A DNA stretch of 64,000 nt from Hypanus sabinus (lineage: Eukaryota). Shown here in pieces: positions 25,880-38,870 of this stretch. Below the pieces are notes generated by a model. It worked only from the letters and a program-made list of their open reading frames with translations, made no database searches and had not been told where the DNA came from. The position numbers and the translations under genes were made by a program. The stretch lies in NCBI RefSeq assembly GCF_030144855.1, contig NC_082738.1, positions 35,836,001 through 35,900,000 on the forward strand, read 5' to 3'. The stretch's first letter is position 1; every line of letters starts with the position of its first letter.

Positions 25880-25915
25880 AGTCAATGCTTCGGGTTGAGA
25901 CCCTTCATCAGGACT
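25880..25915 (-). ncRNA. Degenerate hammerhead ribozyme in a Penelope pLTR fragment
   Basis: AGUC-CUGAUGA-AGGGUCUCAACCC-GAAG-CAUU-GACU; GAAA mutated to GAAG. Confidence 0.55.
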
Positions 25916-25979
25916 GGGAAGGAAGGAGGAAGAAGTCAGGTTTCCAGGATCTGCAGTACCCCTTGTGTCTATGAAACTC

Positions 25980-26470
25980 TAATAGAAACATAGGAAACCT
26001 ACAGCACAATACAGGCCCTTCGGCCCACAAAACTGTGCCAAATATGTCCCATAGCCTTTTATTTTTCTGAGTTCCATGTACCTGTCTAGGAGTCTCTTAA
26101 AAGACCCTATCATTTCTGCCTCCATCACTGTCGCCGACAGCCCATTCCACACACTCACCACTCTCTGCGTAAAAAAAAAACTTACCCCTGACATTTCCTC
26201 TGTACCTACTCCCCAGCACCTTAAACCTGTGTCCTCTTGTGGCAACCATTTCAGCCCTGAGAAAATGCCTCTGACTATCCACACGATCAATGCCTCTCAT
26301 CATCTTATACACCTCTGTCAGGTCACCTCTCATCCTCCGTCACTCCAAGGAGAAAAGGCTGACCACTCAACCTATACTCATAAGGCATGCTCCCCAAACC
26401 AGGTAACATCCTTGTAAATCTCCTCTGCACCCTTTCTATAGTTTCCACATCCTTCCTGTAGTGAGGTGAT
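25980..26470 (-). mobile_element. CR1-type LINE 3' fragment
   Basis: MRGDLTEVYKMMRGIDRVD...TRGHRFKV...FFTQRVVSVWNGL. Confidence 0.85.
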
Positions 26471-27933
26471 ATAACCAGGTTCCTTAGATCGTCTGTTTTC
26501 CTGCTGATGATGTAGCAGGAAAACTAGCCGAGCATCTTGAGAATTTATTGAGAAATAACTTCGTGTTTTACTTGGCTTTATCGTCAAGAAAAAAATTCAC
26601 TTCTTCACAGGCCTGAAAATAATAAATGTTTTTAATCTGGGATATTATCTTACATTCTGGGAAAAGTAGAAAGGAAGCAAGAAATTAATGAAAGACAAAT
26701 TTAGAACTGTTATAGCAAATCCTTCTGCACTCTAGAGAGGAGTCAACACTTAATATTTGCAAATCGGCTTCCCAGTACAATGATGATGATCTAAAATTGC
26801 TGCCATTAAAGGAGTTTTATTTTAATTTAAAGAAAGTGCATTAACTATTTATTTTCTTCTGTACCGGACATCTCCTGAACTTATATCTCTCTTCATTTTT
26901 GTAAATCACATGGATGTATACAGCCGATTGACTTGTTAGATTTTGATATTGAAGATGTTGTAATCCTGTCTGCTCTGTGATTTACTTAAATTGTTATTGA
27001 GATTGACAATTATAATTTTAGGAAGCTCTCTCTCTCTCCTGTCCATCAAAGTGGTATCCACCCATTTTCCTGCTGAAACTCTTAAGTGGTTTTTTGCTGT
27101 AAATTGTAGCTCACACAAGCAGCTTGTTGGCTCTCTTCCCGTTGATGTGGAATGTATCATCCTGCATCCATGTTTCTTCTCCCACAGTAATTGCCTTACT
27201 GACAAATAAGAGATGGATTTCTACCCGAGCGATTAACATTGAGCAACTTATCTTCTCTCCAACCCACTCTGTCCCACCCCCTAGCTCACCTCACTGTGAA
27301 CTATGATGCTTCTGAGTATCTTAGTCTGCTGTTCTGTCATTCTGAAATCAGTCTGAAAAAAAATGTAGGGTTTTTACTGTAGGTTTCAGTGATAAGGGAA
27401 AGGGACGACCATTAAATGTAAGACACCATTTCCTTGGAGTTGGAAGGGGATTCCAGTCCAGATTTTGCAGAGGACCCTCACTAAGCGTTTCAGACCTGAA
27501 TCAATGTGAATTCTCAATGTATACTCTGGTGTCTTCATTATCTCATCAAGCTGTTTGATCGGAGAAGTGTTGAAAGGATTTCAGTGGTTTATTCCACAGA
27601 ACTAGGACTTGCTTATTTTTTTTGTCTTCCCCCTCCGCCAAGTCTTGTAATGATTTTGTATCATTTTTTTTCCCGTTCAGTATTTCCTCCACTTCCTTTT
27701 GGCACCTGAAATGTAAATAGGAATATGTCCGGAAACCTTGGAAAGAGCACTGCAGCTGTGGTAAGGGAGGGAGGGGGGGGGGTGGGTATCTGTATTGTGT
27801 AATGAGGATGCTTGATGCCTAGGATGATCTCTGTTCTGCAGCGCAAAACATGTATCCTTTTGTATTGCATCGTGGATTTCAAGAAGCCTAGCCCATAGAA
27901 TTCTTGTCCGGATGGGTGGTCTGTGTTGGAACC

Positions 27934-27972
27934 ATGAACCTTTCGGAGCCCTGTGCTACCTTCGTACTCTGA
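27934..27972 (+). promoter_or_regulatory. Upstream ORF (12 aa, MNLSEPCATFVL*) ending 4 nt before the AGAP2 ATG
   Basis: accATGa context (A at -3) versus the weaker ctcATGa main start; out of frame with AGAP2. Inclusion in the mRNA is assumed. Confidence 0.45.
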
Positions 27973-27976
27973 ACTC

Positions 27977-29264
27977 ATGAACAGAGGAGCAATCTTGCAA
28001 CGAAGGACTACTTTTCATATCTCTCTCACACTCGTTAAATTAGAGCCTCTGAGCGATGGAGGCAGTGGGAGTGAGACTTGCCAGAAGGACAAAGCCACCC
28101 CATCTGAAGAGGAACCTGGCGGGGCTGAGGCTGCAGAGAAGATCTCTTTATTACACGACCAGGGTGTCACTGAAGCACCCCGAAATCCAAGCTTAAAAAC
28201 CATCCGGAATGTGGAGCTATTTCAACCTGGAACAATAGACGGCAAGTTCATTAGTGAACCTGAAGAACTGGGAGATTTCAGAACAGCTCGGAGTGAAGAG
28301 GACAAATTTCCAAGCAAAGCCCATCTTCAGCCATCGCCAAAAGCTGTGAGTAAATCTGAAATTGTCGGGTTGTTGCCTCGTTTCACACCCTGTATCCAGC
28401 CGACAGACCCTCGCAGGCAGACTGATGCCAAGCGCACTAATGAGAGGAAGCAAGATGGTCAGATTCAACCGAGTCAATTGTGTGCCAGTGCTACAATCGA
28501 AGAGAAACTTGCCAATCCTTTTGTTTCTAATAGAAGCCACAGCAAACCACAGACTGAAGGGGAGCACCCTGGAAGGCCTGAAGCAGAAGGAACCTTGAAA
28601 GATCAAATTGAAAGAGTCGTGAGCTCCTGTATCCTCCCAGAGCAGAACTTGCTGAGTAAACATACAGAGATCCAAGTTGAGAAGAAGGCTGAAGTTGAAA
28701 AGGATCTGTCACTTGAGAAAATCATAACTGTCTCTCAACATACAGAGAAAGACTACGTAAAGAAGCCCCAGTCCTTGCCTGTGATTGCTGAGAAGAGCCC
28801 AGGTGTAATGAGAAGCCCCAGTGGCAAACAGGGTAAAACAGAACCAAAAACCTTAGGGAGGAAAGAGAAGCAGGTCCGGCAGACCAACCGCCTGTCTTGG
28901 CAAGAGAATGAAATGAAGACGAAAATCCAAGTCAGCAGCAAGAAGTATCCAAGAGTGGAAAGCCTGAGGAGTGCCGGAGAGATGCTGCACAGAAGAGTGA
29001 GCCAGACAGCAGCCGAGCAGGGCAAAGGAAAGAGCAGAACGTTGGATAATAGTGACATTCACACCCTGTCTGAAGAGCTCGAGCAGGGCCGAGACATCCC
29101 AAACCCTGAGAAAACTAAGTCCAGTGCACGGGATCGCAAGATGCTGAAGTTTATCAGTGGAATCTTCACAAAGAGCATTGGCTCTGTGTCTGTCTCATCT
29201 GCGAGTGGTGGATTAACTCAAAAGGATTTTGCTGCAGGTACCAGAGGCCCTTCCCCAAGTCAAA
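27977..29264 (+). CDS. AGAP2: AGAP2 (PIKE-L-type) first coding exon, long low-complexity N-terminal extension
   Basis: ATG at 27977 with an in-frame TGA upstream at 27935. Four islands match human PIKE-L as recalled: [23 protein letters not shown] (human [25 protein letters not shown]), RLSWQENE (RLSWPESE), KGKSRTLDNSDIH (KGKSKTLDNSDLH) and ARDRKMLKFISGIFTKS (TRDRKMLKFISGIFTKS). The phase-1 donor AAA|GTAAGC after 29264 joins exon 2 in frame as ...SQKAFVNSQ. Confidence 0.9.
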
Positions 29265-29509
29265 GTAAGCACAAACTTAGCTCGCATTTCTCATAAATTG
29301 GTTTATTAATGTTTGTCCTGTGCCTCAAAGAAGATTGTACTTCTTTTGAATGAAAAAAGTAACTTAACTTTCTCTCAGAGCATTTTGGGTTCCTCCAGTG
29401 CTACAACAAGTGGACCAATCTCCAATTCAAGAGAGTTGGTTCAATCCTGGGAAGCTTCACTGATTAGCCTGCTTTAGTTCCCATCAGCCATGTTCTTGCA
29501 TGCTCACAC

Positions 29510-30060
29510 TTACTAACTTAAGTTATGTTACAGCTTTGTAAAACTCTGATGAGGGCACATTTAGTGTATTGCGTTCAGTTCTGGTCATCTCGTGAAAGCT
29601 TTGGAGAGGGTGCAAAGGAGGTGTACTAGGATGCTGCCTGGTTTGAAGGATGTGCTATGAGGAGAGGCTGATCAAGCTGGGGCCATTTTCTCTGGAGAGG
29701 CAGAGGCTAAGGGGAGATTTGCTGGAGGCATAGGTAAGAAAAGATAGCCAATATATTTTCCCCATGATTGAAAGATCAATACTAGAGAGCAGGTATTTAA
29801 GGTGAGAGAGGGAAAGTACAGCAGAGTTGTGCAGGGCACATTTTTATTACACAAAGGGTGGGGGGGTCTGGAATGCACTGCCATGGATGGTGCTGGAGGC
29901 CAATCGCATTGGAGTGTTTCAGGGACATGAATTTGTACAGAAGGGAGGGATGTGGTCAATGTGCAGGAAGGAGGGACTAATTAGGAGTAATGGTTTAAGT
30001 AGTTTGGCACAATGTGGTGGCCGAATTGCTTGTCCTGTGCAGTACCGTTCCATGTTTTGT
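29510..30060 (+). mobile_element. Old CR1 LINE 3' fragment
   Basis: 'tattgcgttcagttctggtc...ttggagagggtgcaaaggag' and WNALP motifs. Confidence 0.7.
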
Positions 30061-30103
30061 GAGTCTCTAGGCTACTCTTGGATATGTGGATCCTGCCCAT
30101 AGT

Positions 30104-30524
30104 GACTATACTCATTGGAATTTAGAAGGTTGAGGGGGGATCTTATTAAAACGTATAAAATTCTAAAGGGATTGGACAGGCTAGATGCAGGAAGATTGTT
30201 TCCGATGTTGGGGAAGTCCAGAACGAGGGGTCACAGTTTAAGGATAAAGGGGAAGCCTTTTAGGACCAAGATGAGGAAAAACTTCTTCACACAGAGAGTG
30301 GTGAATCTGTGGAATTCTCTGCCACAGGAAACAGTTGAGGCCAGTTCATTGGCTATATTTAAGAGGAAGTTAGATATGGCCCTTGTGGCTAAAGGGATCG
30401 GGGGGTATGGAGAGAAAGCAGATACAGGGTTCTGAGTTGGATGATCAGCCATGATGATACTGAATGGCGGTGCAGGCTCGAAGGGCAGAATGACCTACTC
30501 CCGCACCTATTTTCTATGTTTCTA
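30104..30524 (+). mobile_element. Young CR1 LINE 3' end
   Basis: Open EFRRLRGDLIKTYKILKG...RVVNLWNSLP...GYG*, with 3' hairpin and (tttctatg)n tail. Confidence 0.9.
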
Positions 30525-31267
30525 TATGCGTATTACTTCACTGGTATTGTTTTACCCCACTTCCAAGGGATCTGAGGTCAACCGTAAAACCCTAACTGGA
30601 ATCAATAGCTAACTCTGCACAACTAGGGGTCTCAGAATGAAGAGAAAATCACCCAGGACGGAGTATGAAAAATTAATATTTATGTGATGTGACAAGGAAA
30701 GCAGATTTTGAATAGAAAGCAGCTGGGAAATTTAAAATTAAGCAATCAAAGCTAGTCCTGGCAACTTTAGTCTTGGAATCACTGTACTGTTATAAATGCC
30801 TATCTGACGTATCAACAGTTTTACCTGGTACTCTCTATATGTGACTCCAGATCAACCAGTGTGGTTGACCATTAACTGCCTTCTCAGTTCAGGAACAGTT
30901 GGGAATGGGCAAGAAATGCTGACATAGCAAGTAAAGGAAAATGTGCTCTTGATGGTCAGCACAGACTCTGTGGGCTGAAGTGCCACTTTGCATGCTGTAT
31001 CTCGTTATGAATCTTTGAGTAATTGAAGTAGCGATGAGTGGGTATCGGAATGGATGCACACATGCAAGATTAGGATTACCGCTCACCTGGAGGAGAAACA
31101 CCATGTTTCCATGTTCTAACATTTACATGTCTGTGTTATTCCATTATTTTTCCTTAAGAACTGGGCATGGGCAAGTCGCACAGTTTCAATCTGTTGAGCC
31201 AGAGGCAAGTGTAGCTGAGGTACCAAGTTGTTGAGTTTGGTCATACCATTGAAAGTGGGTAGTAAAC

Positions 31268-32437
31268 CTTTGATAAGGTCCCACTTAGGAGATTGGTGGG
31301 TAAAATCAGAGCTCATGGCATTGGGGGGAAGATATTGACATGGAGAGAAAACTGGTTGGCAGATAGAAAGCAAAGGGTAGTGGTGAATGGGTGTTTCTCG
31401 GAATGGCGGGTGGTGACTAGTGGGGTGCCACAGGGCTCGGTATTGGGAACACAGCTGTTTACGATTTACATCAATGATTTAGATGAAGGCATTGAGAATA
31501 ACAACAGCAAGTTTGCTGATGATACTAAGCTGGGTAGCAGTGTGACGTGATGAGGATGTTAGGAGAATTCAGGGTGACTTGGATAGGCTGGGTGAGTGGG
31601 CAGATACTTGGCAGATGACGTTTAATGTTAATAAGTGTGAGGTTATCCACTTTGGGAGTAAGAACAGGAAGGCAGATTATTATCTGAACGGTGCAGAGTT
31701 AGGTAAGGGAGAAATACAAAGAGATCTAGGAGTCCTTGTTCATCAGTCACTGAAGGTGAACGAGCAAGTGCAGCAGGCAGTGAAGAAGGCTAATAGAATG
31801 TTGGCCTTTATTACAAAGGGAATTGAGTACAAGAGCAAGGAAATCCTCTTGCATTTGTACAGGGCCCTGGTGAGACCACACCTGGAGTATTGTGTACAGT
31901 TTTGGTCTCCAGGGTTAAGGAAGGACATCCTGGCTGTAGAGGAAGTGCAGCGTAGATTCACAAGGTTAATTCCTGGGATGTCCGGACTGTCTTACGCAGA
32001 GAGGTTAGAGAGACTGGGTTTGTACACACTGGAATTAAGGAGATTGAGAGGGGATCTGATTGCAACATATAAGATTATTAAGGGATTGGACAAGATAGAG
32101 GCAGGAAATATGTTCCAGATGCTGGGAGAGTCCGGTACCAGAGGGCATGGTTTGAGAATAAGGGGTAGGTCATTTAGGATAGAGTTAAGGAAAAACTTCT
32201 TCTCCCAGAGAGTTGTGGGGGTCTGGAATGCACTGCCTCGGAAGGCAGTGGAGGCCAATTCTCTGGATGCTTTCAAGAAGGAGCTAGATAGGTATCTTAT
32301 GGATAGGAGAATCAAGGGATATGGGGACAAGGCAGGAACCGGGTATTGATAGTAGATGATCAGCCATGATCTCAGAATGGCGGTGCAGGCTCGAAGGGCC
32401 AAATGATCTACTTCTGCACCTATTGTCTATTGTCTAT
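31268..32437 (+). mobile_element. Young 5'-truncated CR1 LINE (RT C-half; 2-bp deletion near 31546)
   Basis: [25 protein letters not shown] and LVRPHLEYCVQFWSP motifs; (tattgtc)n tail. Confidence 0.93.
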
Positions 32438-35400
32438 AAACACCTTGTGACTGAGATGTAAGCTCCTGAGCACTCTTTTGGGGCTCAAATAGCCCTGGAT
32501 GCAGCAGTCTAGGATCAAGTTGGCAGCCTTTTCTCCTGTTGTGAGGCTTTTCTTTTATGTGACGTGGAAGCTAATTTAGGAGTATGTGTGTGGAATGGAC
32601 AATCCATCCAGCTAATCTCAGTAGCAAATAAGGGTGACATTATTTAAACAGGTAACATTATCAATATAATACTCACCACAAAAGGAGAGGACTGACAGAA
32701 TGGGATCAGCACTTGTTAGCCTGATACGCTTTTCTTGTCCTGCATTCCATAAATGCAAACTATGCTGCATTATCAGAGAGAACAAAGAAAATCCCAAAAC
32801 CTTTCATGGCCAATGAAAATTTTTTGAAATGTATTCTCTGTTGTAATGTAAGTAACATGGCAGCCAGTATGCATGCAACAAGATCTCATAAACTGTATGC
32901 CAAAGTCAAGATACATAATCTCGGTTGAGGAGTAAATGTTGGCTAGGATACTAATTCTTCTTCAGAGACCCATGGGATCTCACCTGCAAGAGGCATTGGT
33001 TTCATCCAAAATGCAGCAGTGCTGCTCTGGGTCATAGCTTAGATCATAAACTCAAATCTCTGGAGTGGGCCTTGAACCTGCAACCAAATGAGCCTGAGGT
33101 GAGAATATTATTGACTGAGCCATGGCTAATGCATCGTAAGTCTAAAGGAAATGTATTATTGCTGCTCAGCCCCCATCTGCAATATTGTTGGCAGTTCTGG
33201 GCACCAGATCACAGTCCAGCTTGTGTCCATGTCCTTTCAAGGGCAGGAGAAGTGAATGAAGGTACAGGTGTTTTTTTGTGATTCAGATTAAGGAATTTGT
33301 TGCTTAATTTGAAAGAGAGTTTGAGATGAAGGAGCTGAAGTTTGTTCATGAAGGAAACTGATCCGGGCAATTAGTTCACAGTATTCAATGGTTAAACATT
33401 AGAAAGTTGGAAACTGGGGCAGGAAGATGAGCAGTTTCAGATCCCAATAACTACTGAGGGGGAGCCAAGCCAGATGGGATCAATAAAAGAGGATAAAATA
33501 CATTGCTTTAGGGGGAAAGAGCTGATGGATATGACTGTTCCACAGCGGGATTGCTTTCCCATGAAGAGGTGGAGTTGTTGATCTGAATGGCACATCTGTT
33601 CTAAGTAGACGAAGGGGAGGAGATATTTAATATGTCACCAGAATGATGCTACTCCCTACAGTACGATGCTCTCTCAGCAGAGTCCCACTGACAGTGCAAC
33701 ACACCCTCAACACTGCCCACTCCAGTGCAGTACATGCTCAGTACTGCACTGGAGTGTCAGCCCCATATCGCTTGAATCTTAACTTCAGAGGGGAACTTGA
33801 GTTTGAGGTGAGAGTGCAGCCCAGTGTGCCATGACTGACTTTGTCAGGAGGGCACACAACCTGGAAAGAAGGGTCTGGTTCAAAAAATGCTGTAGCTGTC
33901 CATTTGCTGGTTGTCATTACATCAATGACACAGCTGGGCTATGCATTTGTACTGGGTGAAATTGAGACTTGGAGCAGGAAGATCCTGGGTCAGATTGTCC
34001 CCATGCCTGTGTTGAGTAAGGTAACTTTGGCAGGGGAAGCACTGCCTTGGCGGCCTTGTGTAGTGAATACAGTAATCAGGTGTATATTACAGACTTGGTT
34101 TAGGCTAGTTCTCCACCAACCATCCCCTCATCTCATATCAGTGGTACTTGATATTACTGGCACCTATGTTCTACGTACCACCACAACTAAGGGCCTGTAG
34201 AGTGCACAAGTAGAAGAAAATGGATGGATTTCTGCTTTTAATACATTTTTGGGTGGCAGTTTGGAAGCTGTCAACAACATGTGTGAACAACTCCTGTATT
34301 TCACAAATCGGCTCCTGTTCAGTGCTTGTCCTCGTGGCCAAGTCATCGAGGGGACATTTAAACAGCTGTTGACAGCTACATGCAGACTGGTATAACCAGT
34401 GGTTCAGCAAACCCCTGACTCACACCATCCCTGTTTAAACAGTGCACTTGAACATTGCAGTAAGACTGGCTTGAATTTTGTTTTTAATTACACAACAGTA
34501 CCTGTTTTGTGAAGAAAGTTTTGTACAGTAACTTGTGGGAAGTTCTGATAATGAAGGAAATTGCAAATAAATGTGGGTCATGGATTTTTTCCTCTTTGCA
34601 TAAAACCCTGCTAGAGATTCGATTACACAGTTATGGATAATATCCTTTGCCCATCTGATCAATGTGTTATTCCTTGTTTATCTATACTACCGGTCACTCT
34701 TAGTCAATGTTAAATATGTAATGGATGAATGTCAAATGAAGAGGTGATCAGGTTTCAGCTCTGATACCCCTACAGTTCAACAATTTACCAATCATCATCT
34801 AATCCCATTGTGGAGAATTGTCACTTGAATGAGATGCTGAAACACGAGCTTATGTCTTTTAAGCACTTGATGATGAAGTGTGCCACAGAGCAGAACCATG
34901 GGACAGTAGAGCACAGGAGGCCTCTTGGTCCATCATTCCTGTACTGGCTCTTTGAAAAAAAATCAGCATTCAGTTCCATCCACCTGTGATGCCCATTCAA
35001 AATTTTTCCTCCATCCGCTTCCAGTTTGAAAGCCCCTTTTGAAATTGTGTTTGCTATCTTTTTAGACAGTGTGTTCTTTTGCTAATTACTTTAAATCTGT
35101 GTTCCCTGGTTCCTGACCCTTCTGTCAAAGGAAACAATTTCTCCTTATTTATGCTCTCAAAAACCTTCATTATTTTGAGCGCTCCTATAAAACCTCCCCA
35201 TAACCTTCACTGATCCAGCAAAACAATCCCGGCTTCTCAAAACTCTCAACATAACTAAAGTCTTTCAATCCCTGGTGGCATCCTGGTAGATCTCCTTTGT
35301 GCTCTCTTTGACAGCCTCTCTGAAACGTGGTTCCCAGTAGTGAATACAAGCTCCAACTGGAGCATAGCTAGTGATTTATAAAATCACTGATTTCACACCT

Positions 35401-36129
35401 GTCCATAGCAAGCTATTGCAGAATCTTTGAACAAACTGTCTGTAGTTCCTGGCAGGTTGCATGAAGACTTGCTTTTCCCACCCAGCCATCCCTGTGTTCA
35501 CTGTATTAACATCTTTGAAATGCAGTTAAGGCACACTGTTTCCCTGGCGTTCCTCTCCATTCCTACCCTGACAACTTGATAATAATCTAGTCTATTTGCA
35601 ATGTTGATGCCATATCCTGAACTGTGCTTCAAACCTCATCACGGAGGGTGCCCCTGTAAACTCTGCCTTTCTTCTGTACATCCACTGCTGAGACACTCAC
35701 CCATATATTTATCCTGTCCAGACTCTGCTGTTTCAGTCTGGTGAGCCTGTTTCCCTCACTCCACCCTCTGTAACCCTGAGGTCAACCAAAATGTTGCTCC
35801 CATGGGTCCTCACAGTCAAATGATGCCTCAAATTAAAAACATTCAGGCTTGTTTCAATCTCCTCCCCTCCAATAGATCTGCGCTCCTCTAATTCTGGCCT
35901 CGTAATTATCCTGAGTTTCCACCAGTGGCAGCTGCCTAAGCCCTGGAATTCACTCCACCCCTGTGAAGAAACTGGAGCACCTGAGGAAAACCAACACAGT
36001 CACAGCAAGAATGTGCAAACTTTGTACACTGAGCATCAAACGTGGGTCCCTCTACTAGCAGTGTCTGTTAAGCATCTGGCCAAGCTTGGAACTCAGTGAA
36101 GTGACATGGTATTAAATACTCATTCACCC

Positions 36130-36545
36130 ATGGCTCATCAGATAGCTCTTTAACCTCAGAGTTAGAAGGTTTGGCATCAAGCCCTTTCCAGAAACTAGAA
36201 CCTTATCAATTTAGGTTCATACTCCCAGTCAGAGAATGCAACTCTTTCTGAGATGCTCTTTCAAATGAGACATTGAACTGAGGTTTTCATATGTGGGATG
36301 CAGAGGATCCCTGGTACCATTCAAAGAAATTGAGGGGAATTGGCCTCCAAGGCTATCCCTCAACCTGTATTACAAAAGTATAATCTAGCCAATTTCACAT
36401 TACTCTTTGCGGGAGCTTATTGTCCATCAGAAGGTTGTCCTATATCCTATGGTACCTAAGTGACTATGCTTTAAAAAACACTTAATTAGCTGTAAAGCAA
36501 GTTGGGTTAACTTGAAAGGATTGTGGAAGGCACTGTCGAATTCCA
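36130..36545 (+). mobile_element. Ancient Deu-domain SINE (SacSINE1-like); related relics ~2640-2730, 21990-22270, 32790-33125, 40750-41010, 41860-42095, 48560-48830, 55865-56280
   Basis: tRNA-like head (tcagagttagaaggtt...), 'tttcaaatgagacattgaactgagg', 'gggagctt...gtgactatgctt' and tail 'tgtaaagc...gaaggcact'; recognised from memory of Deu-SINE consensus. Confidence 0.55.
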
Positions 36546-37929
36546 AGTCAGTTCAGAACTGTCCTTGCTTCACCTGAATGTGCATCAGTGTCAATGACCT
36601 GAAGCTTAAATTATTAAAGAGATTCGTCTCAAGTCTGGCCTGGGCAGCTGGTGTCTGTAATTGATATAAGGAGTAGAGGAATATGTGCATTTCTACTTCT
36701 TTGTGACCTGTTGTGCCTTTTTAAAATTGCAACTATAATACTTTGTCAATTCCCCTGTCTGTTCTCAACCTTTTACCTTTTATCCAGTGATCATTTTCCA
36801 CTCCCACCCTTCCTCAACCCTGTATCGTGCAAAGGTTTGGTTCAGAGACCGGGTCAGGGCTCCAACAACTTGAGTACTAACTGCTCTCCTTGACAGCAGG
36901 ACAAGGGGAGAGATACTCAGAAGCTCATCAACCTCCGAGAAAATCATTGCACAGTGAGAGCGCACACCATACTTTCTTCAAGCCCAGCCTGACCCAAAGC
37001 CATTTGTAGTAGTCCTACATCCTTGTCAGTTAATTTGACGAAGATCGACAATTGAACATAGCTACTCCCTGTTCAGTCAGCTATTGTGGCCACCCATTAA
37101 GGGCAGCAAGCACCTAATGACTAAATTCTGCATATTCGGGGCAGAATCCTCACCAAGGATGACAAAGGAGAGAGCTCCACTCCTAGAAGTGGAGGTGAAG
37201 CCGAGGATCTGCTATTTGTTCTTGTATCTTCCTTTACCTGAGAACGTGCAATGCAGATTGCACAGTTCAGGGATGCAAGAAAATGAATATTTTTCTCGGC
37301 ATCTGTCCAAACTGTGTTTTCATTTCCTGTTGTTACTAAGAGTAACTGAGACATCATTAAATAGGTAATGATTACATACTGTAAATAATGAAATACTTTG
37401 TTATTTTCTTCCTCCCAATTGATTGAAAACTTATATTCCTGCTCATTTGAGAACGAACAGCAAGGAAGGTGAGGTTCTTAGCAGGGTAACATTTCTTAGG
37501 CACCTTGGCTCTGCATCTCTTGGTTCTGTAAAGTGATTGACCTTGAGTATCTTTCCTATCTCTGTGTGTTTGATGTGCATTTCTTTATCACTCACCCAAT
37601 TTTCTTCCAGCACCCCACCCCTATCCAGGTTTCTCTCCTAATATTTACTTGTTAGAGTGTTGGAGATGTCAAACTTCCAATTAACAAACCAATGTGCAAA
37701 AGCACTAATTCGTACCAGAATCAGATCTGGCTGAGTAAGCTGACAGCACTTGCTGTCCTGGCTGAGGCATAAAGATTGGCAATTTGGGCAAGGAACTAGG
37801 GGAGCCATATATCTGTGCATTGTGCAAGTTGGTGCTTTCAAGAGAAAAGAGAATGAAACAGCTGAGGCAGAATGAGCCATTCTCTACCTCTGCCTCCAGG
37901 CAGACTGTCCTCCGTGCACTGGGATTGGA

Positions 37930-38870
37930 CCATAAAACATGGGAGCAGAATTAGGCCATTCAATCCATCAAGTCTGCTCCATATTAAGTATTTTCCCTCT
38001 CAACCCCATTCTCCTGCCTTCTCTCTGTAACCTTTGACACCTTTACTAATCAAGAATCTATCAACCTCTGCTTTAAATATATCCAATGACCTGGCCGCCA
38101 CAGTTGTCTGTGGCAATGAATTCCACAGATTCACTTCCTTCAACTGAAAGAAATTCTTCCTCATTTCTGTTCTAAAGGGATGTCCTTCTGTTCTGAGATT
38201 GTGCCCTCTGGTCCTCGACTCTCCCACTATAGGATGTCCATGTCCTTTCCACGTCTGCTATATCCAGGTCCTTCAATATTTGATAGGTTTCAAGTTCAAA
38301 GTAAATTTGTATCAAAGTATTTATATGTCAGCATATACAACCCTGACATTCACATTCTTTGCATGCATACTTAATAAATCCAATAACCATAATAGAATCA
38401 ATGAAAGGCTGCATCAACTGGGCAGGCAAGTGTGCAAAAGAACAAACTGTGCAAATACAAGAAGGAAGCAAAAATAATAATAATAATGAATGAATATCAA
38501 GAACATGAGATGAAGAGTCCTTGAAAGTGAGTCCATAGGTTGTGGGAACAGTTTAGTGATGGGGCCAGTGAAGTTATCCCCTCTTGATCAAGAGCCTGAT
38601 GGTAGGGGGGTAATAACTGTTCACGAACCCGGTGGTGTGAGTCCTGAGGCTCCTGTATCTCCTTCCTGATAGCAGCAGTGAGAAGAGAGCATGACCTTGG
38701 TGGTGGGGGTCCCTGATGATGGATGCTGCTTTCCTGCCACAGCATTCCATGTAGATGTGCTCAGTGGTGGGGAGGGCTTCACCTGTGATGATCTGGGCTG
38801 TATCCGCCCTCATTGTTCTAAACTCCAGCGAGTACAGATGCAGAGCATTATAGACTCCTCGTACGTTAAC
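37930..38870 (-). mobile_element. CR1 3' fragment with a nested Rex/Babar 3' fragment (~38290-38800)
   Basis: GESRTRGHNLR...WNSLP (CR1) and KAASIIRDPHH.GHALFSLL.SGRRYRSL (Rex). Confidence 0.75.

Noticed and set aside
1-27900. PIKE-A-type upstream first exon (AA.RAE..R.E motif)
   Set aside because: Not recognised by eye in the non-repeat stretches; it may lie upstream of the window.
27953-29296. 447-aa single-exon gene as given in the ORF track
   Set aside because: The track start is GTG; homology starts at ATG 27977, and a donor at 29264 splices in frame to exon 60564-60622.
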